DNA from: Nannocystales bacterium
Lineage (GTDB): Bacteria; Myxococcota_A; Polyangia; Nannocystales; Nannocystaceae
Length of the DNA: 17,879 nt
Direction of reading: 5' to 3'
Assembly: GCA_050633305.1 (NCBI GenBank)
Contig: JBOEGF010000048.1
Span: forward strand, 1-17,879
The notes beneath the pieces were generated by a model that did not search any database, was not told the origin of the DNA, and saw only the letters and a program-made list of their open reading frames with translations. The translations under genes were made by a program, and so were the position numbers. Shown here one piece after another: positions 8,045-15,647 of this stretch; within the stretch, counting starts at the first letter, position 1; every line of letters begins with the position of its first letter.

Positions 8045-10410
8045 CCCTTCTCCCCGTCAGCGTCTCCACGCACCTGTGCACTGCCGATGGAGAAGAGCCC
8101 GTACTCGCGACTCGGCGTTTCGAGTTGGTCGAGCGCATCGACCATCCCTTCGAGGCCACCGTCGAGTTGGTCACCGAAGACACGGGACTCGACGTTCGCT
8201 CTCTGCTCGGCGCTCGGGCCGTTCTCGAACTCGACCGACCGGACGTGACCGCGCGAACGCTGGGCGGCGTGGTCACGCGCTCGGAGTACATCACGACCCG
8301 TGGCCGGCAGCTCTTCGTGCGGCTGGTCGTCGAGCCTTCGCTGGCACTACTCCGCTACTCGACGCGGCGCCGCATCTTCGCCGACTTGACTTTGCTCGAA
8401 GTGCTGGAGGCCGTGGCCGGTCCGGTCTTCACCGCTCACGGGGGAACGTGGGACGCCTCGCGCCTGCGGAGAAAGCCGGAGCCACGGGACTACGTCGTCC
8501 AGTACGACGAGACCGACCTTGAGTTCGTACTGCGGCTGCTCTCGGAGTCTGGGCTGTGCTTGCTGCACGGCATGAGCGAGGAGGAGGGCGAACCGCTCTA
8601 CGTTCTGCTCGACAGCAACGACGCACTGCCGAGCTTCATCATGGACCCGAGCATCCCGGCCGACTCCACTCCGTGGACGGTGTCGTTCGTACCCGATGCT
8701 GAAGAGGAGGCGGACGAGCCGAACGTGCAATACCTCGGGCGCTGGGACGGCCTGCATGCGCAGGGGACTACGACCGCGGCGCGCAACTGGAAGACGCTTG
8801 GGGGCACCCGGTTTGCGACGAGCATCGAGCTGGGCGACGACCGTGGGCGGGAAGGGCACGCGTGGAGCTATCACCCGGGCCGTCTGGACGAGGGGAAGGG
8901 GAGCGAAGGCCCCCTCCACAACGATACCGAGGCGTGGGCGGCACGACTGCTCGAGGAGCAGCGCGCTGGCGGAGTGGAGGTCACGGGCGCGAGCAACGTG
9001 GCGGACTTCACCGCAGGCGCAACGTTCGAGCTGCAGGAGCACCCGCATGTTGATCTCGACCAGCGCTACGCGGTGCTGAGCGTCGTTCACCAGGCGGACT
9101 TTCCTGAGGCGGAACTCGCGGACGGACACCGAGCCCCGAGCTATACAAACCGCTTTGTGGCTGCGCCTTTGGATGCTGGCCCCGTGCGGCCGCCGCTACG
9201 GCCCAAGCCTCGCGCAACGGGCATCGAGTCGGCCACGGTCGTGGGCCCCGATGGCGAAGAGGTGCACACCGATGCGCTCGGCCGCGTGCAAGCTCGCTTT
9301 CACTGGGACGACGCGCCGAGCCAGACGTGCTGGCTACGGGTGATGTCGCCATGGGCCGGCCCCGGCTACGGAGCGAGCTTCATTCCCCGCATCGGAATGG
9401 AGGTCGTGGTCGGTTTCTTGGGCGGCGACCCGGACCGCCCCGTCGTGACGGGCTGTCTGTACACGGGCACAAACACGCCGCCGGGCGCTCTGCCGGAGAC
9501 CAAAACCTGCACCACGCTGCGGACACAGAGTACGCCCGGCGGAGAGGGGTTCAACGAGTTGCGCTTCGAGGATGCCGCCGGAAGCGAAGAGGTGTTCATG
9601 CATGCCCAGCGCAACCAGCGAACGGTTGTGCGTGCGGCTCAGTCCACGAACGTCGGCGCCTCGCGGTCCCTGTCGGTGGGCAAGGACTCCACCCGCACCA
9701 TCGGCGGCAATGAAACCGTGCAAGTGGGAACGCCCAACGCCGAGGAGAAGGGCGAGCTTCAGGTCTCCGTGACCGGAGGCGAGCTGCGCAAGATTGGGGA
9801 CATTCACGCGCTGGAGACGGGGTCCGCGTTCTGGACCGCTGATGAGGCCATCGTGGCCAACGCGGAGGAGCGTGTCTGTTGGTCTTGTACGTCCGGCCCC
9901 CAGAGCTTGGCGGGGGTGCCTACCGGAGGCACGGTCCTCACGCTCGAACCGAAAACGGCGAAGCTCGAGGCGCTGGAGAGCATCGAGCTGCGGGTCGGCA
10001 AGACCTCGCTCAAGTTGACGCCCCGAGGCATCGAGCTTCGTGGCGATCTCATCACGGCGAAAGCCGATGAGCAGGTCTGGGTCGCTGCACCCGGAGGGCG
10101 GTTGTCCTGCAACAAGAGGGAGGCGGAGGTCTCCGGTGGGGCAGGGCGCGAGTCCTTCGTAAAACTGCGGGCCGATGCTCTGGACTGCAAGGCAAGGGGG
10201 CTGCTCCGTCAGTCGGGTAAGTCGGTCATTGTGGCTGGGACCGACGTCGTGCGGACCCTGTCGAACTCCGGCATCGAGCTGGAGGCCGGCGGAGACGTCG
10301 GCGTGAAGACAAAGGCGGGGCACGTCACGGTCGCCGCGGGCTCGATGGACCTTCACGCTCCTGAGGGCATCGTCGATGTCCGGGGGTCCCGAATCAAGCT
10401 GAACAGCTGA
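8041..10410 (+). CDS. vgrG: Type VI secretion spike protein VgrG (TssI) with extended beta-strand-rich C-terminus, about 789 aa
   Basis: Hallmark motifs RRIF, DYVVQYDETDLEFVLRLLSESG, SATVVGPDGEEVHTDALGRVQARFHWD, CWLRVMSPWAGPGYGASFIPRIGMEVVVGFLGGDPDRPVVTGCLY and NELRFEDAAGSEEVFMHAQRN, then gp5-like repeats, ending VRGSRIKLNS. Start taken as ATG 8041 (ATGA coupling). Confidence 0.97.
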   Translation: MTLLPVSVSTHLCTADGEEPVLATRRFELVERIDHPFEATVELVTEDTGLDVRSLLGARAVLELDRPDVTARTLGGVVTRSEYITTRGRQLFVRLVVEPSLALLRYSTRRRIFADLTLLEVLEAVAGPVFTAHGGTWDASRLRRKPEPRDYVVQYDETDLEFVLRLLSESGLCLLHGMSEEEGEPLYVLLDSNDALPSFIMDPSIPADSTPWTVSFVPDAEEEADEPNVQYLGRWDGLHAQGTTTAARNWKTLGGTRFATSIELGDDRGREGHAWSYHPGRLDEGKGSEGPLHNDTEAWAARLLEEQRAGGVEVTGASNVADFTAGATFELQEHPHVDLDQRYAVLSVVHQADFPEAELADGHRAPSYTNRFVAAPLDAGPVRPPLRPKPRATGIESATVVGPDGEEVHTDALGRVQARFHWDDAPSQTCWLRVMSPWAGPGYGASFIPRIGMEVVVGFLGGDPDRPVVTGCLYTGTNTPPGALPETKTCTTLRTQSTPGGEGFNELRFEDAAGSEEVFMHAQRNQRTVVRAAQSTNVGASRSLSVGKDSTRTIGGNETVQVGTPNAEEKGELQVSVTGGELRKIGDIHALETGSAFWTADEAIVANAEERVCWSCTSGPQSLAGVPTGGTVLTLEPKTAKLEALESIELRVGKTSLKLTPRGIELRGDLITAKADEQVWVAAPGGRLSCNKREAEVSGGAGRESFVKLRADALDCKARGLLRQSGKSVIVAGTDVVRTLSNSGIELEAGGDVGVKTKAGHVTVAAGSMDLHAPEGIVDVRGSRIKLNS

Positions 10411-11750
10411 TGGCGGACGACTCCACATTGTTCGAGGGCCTTGGTCTGCCCGTGCTCGATGACGCCGCCCGTGCCCGGGCACGAACCCGGGAGCGGATGG
10501 CTGATCTTGTTCGTCAAGGGCAGGTGCCTTGGCCGAGCAAGGTCCAGCGGCCCCGCTCGCCGAGTGAGGAACTCAGCCAGTGCACGGGGCTCCTGACGCA
10601 TGCGGACATCTTTGGGACGACCCCGTGTCTCGAGGGCTGGGCCGACGAGCACTATCCCGACCTCGACTCGGAGAGGGAAGAGGACGAGCCTGAGGAGGAT
10701 TGGGATGTCCCGTGGTGGATCGTTGGGCCCATTGGGGGCGGCCTGATCGTTTGGGAACTGCTCGATAGGCCTGTTGGGTTCGGCTCGGGGGAGATTTCGT
10801 GGGAGTTCGATGGCTTTGAGATCGACGGGATCCCCTGGACGGTCGAGACGCTGTACAAGCCTGGGCCGCCTTTGGCAGCCCGGGTCGGCGAGATGACGCT
10901 GCACGGGGGGAAGGCGCTCCCCGGGCCGGGGTCTCTCGATGTTTACATCGGTGGCCAGCGAGCGCTGACCGTTGCGCACTCGGTCGCTACATGTGAGCGG
11001 ACCACCACGCTGGGCGTCCCCCATGCCCCTCAGCCGAAGGCTTGGACGACGACGAACACCTCGGTGGTCGTCAACGGGGAGCTGCTGCTGCGAGCGGGTG
11101 ATTGCGTCTTGGAGTCCCCCGGAGGCCCCAATCCCCTCGTCAGCGGAATGCCTACGGTGTTTGTCGGCCCTCCCGCGAATCCGGTGATGGTCCAGGAAGA
11201 GGGGTACGTGGGACTCGACTTCTTCATCGACGACCTCGAACACGTGGGTTGGTCGGGCGGGGAAATCACTTTGGAGGCTTCGGTGAGCTGGACCTACCAG
11301 GACGCGGCCAAAGGGTTGGCGGCGATCGGTTTGTTTCACCTGGGGGCCGCCAACCCGATGGTTGCGCCCGTGACCACGTGGGGCGCCCGATCGATCTTGG
11401 CGTCGATGAACAAGCCCGAGATCAAGCTGAGGTTCGAGGTCGAGGGCGGGACGGTCATCGCCGACACGCGCGAGGACTACGTGACCGTGGGTCCGGGCGG
11501 GGTGAAGCATAGGACCAAGCGCGAGCGCTGGGAGTTCGACTTGTGGGACTTCTTCGACGAACGCTCGGCGGAGGTCGATCCGGCGAAGCCGTTTCCGCCC
11601 ATCAAGAAGGACGAAAAGAGCGGCACGAAGACCACGCCGATCGACAAGGAGACGACCCGGATCGACGAGGACGAGATCGAGGTGGGCCCCTTTCGCAAGA
11701 AGAGCCAAACACACGACGCCGACGAGGCGCCCAAGGACTGGGACGAGTGA
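10410..11750 (+). CDS. PAAR-domain protein with N- and C-terminal extensions (candidate specialised T6SS effector), 446 aa
   Basis: Internal PAAR-like domain at about aa 153-253 (LAARVGEMTLHGG...DVYIGGQRALTV...C...PH...SVVVNGELLLRAGD...PNPLVSGMPTVFVG). TGATG overlap with vgrG. Hydrophobic segments lie before and after the PAAR domain. Confidence 0.85.
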   Translation: MADDSTLFEGLGLPVLDDAARARARTRERMADLVRQGQVPWPSKVQRPRSPSEELSQCTGLLTHADIFGTTPCLEGWADEHYPDLDSEREEDEPEEDWDVPWWIVGPIGGGLIVWELLDRPVGFGSGEISWEFDGFEIDGIPWTVETLYKPGPPLAARVGEMTLHGGKALPGPGSLDVYIGGQRALTVAHSVATCERTTTLGVPHAPQPKAWTTTNTSVVVNGELLLRAGDCVLESPGGPNPLVSGMPTVFVGPPANPVMVQEEGYVGLDFFIDDLEHVGWSGGEITLEASVSWTYQDAAKGLAAIGLFHLGAANPMVAPVTTWGARSILASMNKPEIKLRFEVEGGTVIADTREDYVTVGPGGVKHRTKRERWEFDLWDFFDERSAEVDPAKPFPPIKKDEKSGTKTTPIDKETTRIDEDEIEVGPFRKKSQTHDADEAPKDWDE

Positions 11751-11752
11751 CC

Positions 11753-12793
11753 ATGAAGAACGAACAAGCCCTGTTTCGCCATCCTGAGCCCAACCCCGAA
11801 GCGCTGGCGCAGTCGCACGAGGTGCGGTGCATCGAGATGAACTTTGACGCGAGCGCGAGCTTCGCGGTGCCCGTGCCGCGAACGATGGTGACGGCACGTC
11901 CGAGCCGGCACGTTCCCGAGGCGCCTGGTCGCCCGATGCCGCTGGCGGTGTTCGGGGAGCCGCCGAGCCTCGACGGGCCGCAGCTGCGGGTGAGCTCGCA
12001 AACCCTGCGGTGGGAGGTCGACCCGATGGAGTGGCTTCGTTGGCAGGGGACGCTTCAGGGGTGGCGCGTTGCCCTGGTGAAACGTCATCCGGGGCCCAAG
12101 GGTCCGCGCTACGAGTTGGGTGCTCTACGAGAGAAGGATGGGCGCGTGGAGGTGCGTCGGACGATGGCGACCCGTTCCGGGGCGCGATTGATGCGATGCG
12201 ATGCCGTGGCACCGTTGGAGGACTGGTCTACGCACCACGATGCGCTGTGGCACTCCATTGAGGGGTTCCGGCTCGGCCGATGCGAGCGAGCCTCAATCGA
12301 GTCGCTCGCTGGGCACGAGGGGCCTCTGCTGGGCTTCGCGGTGCCGGGGTCGTGGGACGCTCGCGGCGTTGGTGATGTGCGTCGCATGGTGTGGAGCGCC
12401 CAGCTTGCCGACCACGCCCAGCGTGGCGGAGCACTCAAGCTCCACGTGCAGGTTCTGAAGGAGGCGCCCGATGCCCAGGCTCGCCGGGACTCCCTATGGC
12501 GGGAGCTGAAGCGCGACGGTGTGAAGCTGGGAGCGGTGCTTACGGCGGAGCGTTCCGAGTTCACGAAGTCCGTGCCTGGGTGGGTCGGGCAGTGGCAGGC
12601 GGCGGTCGGTTCCGACGGTCGAGAGGGGGTCGTGGTGTTGGTGCAGCGTGAGGACGATGGCCTGGCCGTCGACTACCTGATGGTGGCCCCGGCGGCCGGA
12701 ACGGAACACGTCGACTGGATGCGAGCGAGCAGGGCGCTCGACGTGGCGATTGCGACCACGGACCTTCGTGGTGCGGAAGCGGAGGCGGCATGA
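11753..12793 (+). CDS. Hypothetical protein with two PsbP/DcrB(DUF1795)-like repeats; candidate effector chaperone/adaptor, about 346 aa
   Basis: Two halves share a pattern: FAVPVP/FAVPGSW start, central amphipathic helix, strands ending in AVAP/MVAP, and a terminal Trp-containing helix. It lies directly behind the PAAR gene; alternative start GTG 11747 overlaps that stop. The fold assignment is inference. Confidence 0.6.
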   Translation: MKNEQALFRHPEPNPEALAQSHEVRCIEMNFDASASFAVPVPRTMVTARPSRHVPEAPGRPMPLAVFGEPPSLDGPQLRVSSQTLRWEVDPMEWLRWQGTLQGWRVALVKRHPGPKGPRYELGALREKDGRVEVRRTMATRSGARLMRCDAVAPLEDWSTHHDALWHSIEGFRLGRCERASIESLAGHEGPLLGFAVPGSWDARGVGDVRRMVWSAQLADHAQRGGALKLHVQVLKEAPDAQARRDSLWRELKRDGVKLGAVLTAERSEFTKSVPGWVGQWQAAVGSDGREGVVVLVQREDDGLAVDYLMVAPAAGTEHVDWMRASRALDVAIATTDLRGAEAEAA

Positions 12794-12945
12794 GACCGGC
12801 TCAACGCTACGGGCAGCGGACGACGCGGCTCGACATGCAGCTGCGCGGCCGGCCCTGGAGTCACGTGGCGCCAGGTGTTCGATGGCGAGGCGGATTTCGG
12901 AGCGCTGGGGTGCCCGTACGAAGGGAGGCGATGAGCCATGGATGA
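12790..12945 (+). CDS. Small basic hypothetical protein, 51 aa (below the ORF-track cutoff)
   Basis: MRPAQRYGQRTTRLDMQLRGRPWSHVAPGVRWRGGFRSAGVPVRREAMSHG. GGAGG RBS at 12781, ATGA overlap with the upstream gene and ATGGATGA overlap with the downstream gene. Confidence 0.45.
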   Translation: MRPAQRYGQRTTRLDMQLRGRPWSHVAPGVRWRGGFRSAGVPVRREAMSHG

Positions 12946-13483
12946 ATGGGAAACACAGGAAGGCGCGATGCCGCAGAGAAACCGGCCGGGGACTCCTCGG
13001 GGCACGTGGGGCGAAGCTAGGCCCGCCGTGTTGCGATTGGCTCGTGAGCAGGCCGAGGCGGAGGCTGTGAGATTCGAGGGGTTGCTGTCGACCTTGGTCG
13101 CTCTCCTCGAGTGCAAAAGGGGCGACGCGAAGGCGATCGAGGGCGTGAAGGAACAGATGCGTGCCCTCCTTCCTTCGGTCGGAGGAGGGATGGCTGACCT
13201 GCCCGCGGATGCCCCCAGGGGAACGGTGTCCTGCGGGGACCTGCGGCGCGAGCCCGACGGCCGATGGTTCTTTGGAACCACGTATTTGGGACGGGACGGT
13301 GAGCCGATGGCGGTCATGGTCGGCTCTCTCGGCGACCGCTTGGGCGTGGTCGCAGCACGTCTTGCGGAGGCCCTCGGTCAGACGTGCGATGCGATGGACG
13401 GGTGGGGCGATGCGCTGGCGGTCCAGACTGGCCGGGACACGCTGCGCCGGTTCGAGCGGTGGAAAGTGGGGCGCTCATGGTAA
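12938..13483 (+). CDS. Hypothetical cytoplasmic protein, 181 aa
   Basis: AAGGGAGG RBS upstream and a stop overlapping the next start (ATGGTAA). No signal peptide or recognisable motif. Confidence 0.65.
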   Translation: MDEWETQEGAMPQRNRPGTPRGTWGEARPAVLRLAREQAEAEAVRFEGLLSTLVALLECKRGDAKAIEGVKEQMRALLPSVGGGMADLPADAPRGTVSCGDLRREPDGRWFFGTTYLGRDGEPMAVMVGSLGDRLGVVAARLAEALGQTCDAMDGWGDALAVQTGRDTLRRFERWKVGRSW

Positions 13484-14244
13484 GACGAAGATGCATGATG
13501 AGGTCGTGCCTCCTCGCTGCGCTCACGCTTGCCGCGTCCTTCGGGTGTGGTGGCGGCGAAGGCAGCAGGCTTCGTCTCGAAGCGCCTCCGGAGCTGACCT
13601 CGATGCTCGAGGACGTGATTCGGACCTGCGGCGAGGGTTCAGTCGAGGCCTGTCGCGCGGCCCAGAACGCGCCTTCGGGGGCCTCTGAGTACGAGGCTGT
13701 GTTCCCCCCGGGGTTACTGAAAATGTCGGTGGTCGAGTCGTGTCGCTCGCAGAACTTTGCCGAGCTCGAGGCGGTCGTGTTCCTCAAGTCCGGGACGACG
13801 CACATCCGCGCCGGGTTCGTTCGCTACGAGGACGGGGCATGGTTCAGCAAGCGAATCGCGACCGTGGATGGGTCAACGCCGGAGCTGTGCGCGGACCTTC
13901 CGAATGTTCACACCGCCGAGGAAGCGAAGGCAGCCCTCGCGGACAAGGATGACTGGGTGCGTTGGTCCCGTCAGGACGGGCGCGACATCGCAGACTTCGC
14001 GCACCTGATGGACTACGGATGTGGGGTCAAAGGGCTCTTGGTCGGGGAGTCGTCCGACCAGGAGCCGATGCCCTTCGAGGTGAGGTGCTGGCACACCGAC
14101 GGGTTCCCTGTGTCAGGAAAGAGTCTGCCGCCGCGCTTCAATCTCGAAGACGCGCCCTACCTCTACGTCAAGCTGGCATTCACCGACGGGACTTCCACCG
14201 CGGTCGAGAAGGTCGAGAATCCGTATCGCAAGGGAGGGGCGTGA
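13477..14244 (+). CDS. Lipoprotein, about 255 aa, C-terminal domain paralogous to the next gene (candidate immunity/accessory)
   Basis: MVRRRCMMRSCLLAALTLAASFGC has a lipoprotein-type signal. The C-terminal domain reads WVRWSRQDGRD...L..YGCG...PF..C...VKLAFTDGTST...ENP. Confidence 0.75.
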   Translation: MVRRRCMMRSCLLAALTLAASFGCGGGEGSRLRLEAPPELTSMLEDVIRTCGEGSVEACRAAQNAPSGASEYEAVFPPGLLKMSVVESCRSQNFAELEAVVFLKSGTTHIRAGFVRYEDGAWFSKRIATVDGSTPELCADLPNVHTAEEAKAALADKDDWVRWSRQDGRDIADFAHLMDYGCGVKGLLVGESSDQEPMPFEVRCWHTDGFPVSGKSLPPRFNLEDAPYLYVKLAFTDGTSTAVEKVENPYRKGGA

Positions 14245-14930
14245 TGACGATGGTGTTGAGGCAAGTCCGCAGGGGGCTGGGCGCTTTGCTCTGCTCGGTG
14301 TTCTTCTTGTGTGCCATGGCCGCCTGTGAGTCCAGCGTGGACCGCCGGACGAAGAACAGCGGTATCGAGATGTGGGCCCGGCCCGAGCCCTCGAAGAACG
14401 ACGGCTGGGGCATCTCTTTCGGGGGAATCCGGGGGCGCGCGACCGATGTTGTCGTGCGCTTCGGCGACGAGCGAGAGGAGACCTTCCGTCATCCGAGGTT
14501 TGAGCTCCCCGCCGATATCGAGGGACCGATCGATATCTGGCTGCTCGAGTACAAGATCAGCGGCAAAACCCACCGGGGGCCGTTTCGGTTTCACTTCGAC
14601 CCCCAGGCTATGCATGTCAAGAACGCCAAGGACGACCTCGACATGCTTCAAACTCAATGGGTTGCGTGGCGTCGGTTGGGGGATGCGGACCTTTTGTACT
14701 CGACGTTCCTCGTGGGCCATGCCTGCGGCATCGACCACGTCGACTATGGGTTTGGCGAAGAGCCCGACCAGCGGCTGCCTTTCGCCGAGTGCGGAGAGTC
14801 GCTTGTTGATGCTGACATCTACCTTCGTTTGCCGAAAGGCAAACACTCCCACGTCGTCGTCCGCGTCACGTTTGCGGATGGGGAGACGACGCCGATTCGT
14901 CGGTTTCCGAACCCTGACTTCGGTGGCTAA
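14244..14930 (+). CDS. Lipoprotein, about 228 aa, C-terminal domain paralogous to the previous gene
   Basis: AAGGGAGG RBS and GTGATG overlap with the previous stop. Signal MTMVLRQVRRGLGALLCSVFFLCAMAAC. The C-terminal domain reads WVAWRRLGDADLLY..FL..HACG...PF..C...VRVTFADGETT...PNP. Confidence 0.75.
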   Translation: MTMVLRQVRRGLGALLCSVFFLCAMAACESSVDRRTKNSGIEMWARPEPSKNDGWGISFGGIRGRATDVVVRFGDEREETFRHPRFELPADIEGPIDIWLLEYKISGKTHRGPFRFHFDPQAMHVKNAKDDLDMLQTQWVAWRRLGDADLLYSTFLVGHACGIDHVDYGFGEEPDQRLPFAECGESLVDADIYLRLPKGKHSHVVVRVTFADGETTPIRRFPNPDFGG

Positions 14931-14958
14931 GGCCGCTTTGCGGACCGCCGGACTCGGG

Positions 14959-15145
14959 GTCTAGGCCCCGGACTGGGGCGCTGTGGCCGTGGTCGTGCAG
15001 CGCGAGGATGCGTGCGCTGCTCTGGATGACGTGATGTGGGCTCCCACTGTGGGAGTCGACATCTATGGATTGGATGCGGAGGACCGAAACGCTCGACGTG
15101 GTGATCGCGACGAGTGAACTCCGGTCGCCCGGTGTCGCCGCCTAA
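14959..15145 (+). pseudogene. Degenerate, frameshifted copy of the 3' end of the 11753-12793 gene
   Basis: Translates as V*APDWGAVAVVVQREDACAALDDVMWAPTVGVD, then a +1 frameshift near 15061-15067, then DWMRRTETLDVVIATSELRSPGVAA*. The intact gene reads VGSDGREGVVVLVQREDDGLAVDYLMVAPAAGTEHVDWMRASRALDVAIATTDLRGAEAEAA*. The two are colinear up to the stop codon. Confidence 0.8.
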
Positions 15146-15167
15146 CGGCGAGCGTCGAGTTTGAACA

Positions 15168-15188
15168 GGCGGGGAGGACAACCCCGCC
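15168..15188. other. GC-rich hairpin (GGCGGGG-AGGACAA-CCCCGCC), possible terminator or processing stem
   Basis: Perfect 7-bp inverted repeat just after the pseudogene stop. There is no clear U-tract. Confidence 0.35.
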
Positions 15189-15242
15189 AACCCCACGCAC
15201 AGCGCCGTGCTGCGACGTGAACAGGAGACGTGTGCCCAAGTC

Positions 15243-15647
15243 ATGAAGACAGAACAACCAGATCGTTTGGAACGCTACGCCCGGTGGCTGTGGAAACGGT
15301 GGCTCCGCGCCGCTCACTACGCTCAGAAGACGAGCGTCGTCGATGCGCTGCTGCGCTATCGGTTCAACGACCACCAAGAGGTCCGCAAGGCGGTGCGAGA
15401 CGTCGTCGCCGGCCCCGAGGGGCTGGTCTACATGCTGCATCGAGCGAGGAGGGCTGCGCGGTACCGGCTCCGAGAAGAGGTCGAGGACATCGCAATCCGC
15501 ATCGCGTTCGCGATGCCTGCGGGGGGCGGAGGTGTCATCGCGGAGAAGGTGCGAAAGGCTGGCTACGCCGTGAGCCGGTCGACGATTCGGCGGATCATGG
15601 TGCGACGCGGCGTGTGGGGGAAGGAGGGCGCAGATCGTGCCAGCTGA
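15243..15647 (+). CDS. Basic protein with C-terminal transposase-like HTH and no catalytic domain, about 134 aa
   Basis: RLREEVEDIAIRIAFAMPAGGGGVIAEKVRKAGYAVSRSTIRRIMVRRG resembles the HTH that precedes the DDE core in IS481/IS630-type transposases. No DDE domain follows. Confidence 0.55.
   Translation: MKTEQPDRLERYARWLWKRWLRAAHYAQKTSVVDALLRYRFNDHQEVRKAVRDVVAGPEGLVYMLHRARRAARYRLREEVEDIAIRIAFAMPAGGGGVIAEKVRKAGYAVSRSTIRRIMVRRGVWGKEGADRAS

Noticed and set aside
10353..12212. 619-aa minus-strand ORF and other long antisense or alternate-frame ORFs (e.g. 9334-10482, 822-1730, 8347-9129, 16036-16899)
   Set aside because: These are Arg/Pro/Ala-rich shadow ORFs typical of high-GC DNA. They overlap well-supported genes and carry no motifs.
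8041..14930. Complete T6SS, prophage tail or extracellular contractile injection system
   Set aside because: No tube, sheath, baseplate, ClpV/AAA or membrane-complex genes are present in the window, only spike and tip components.
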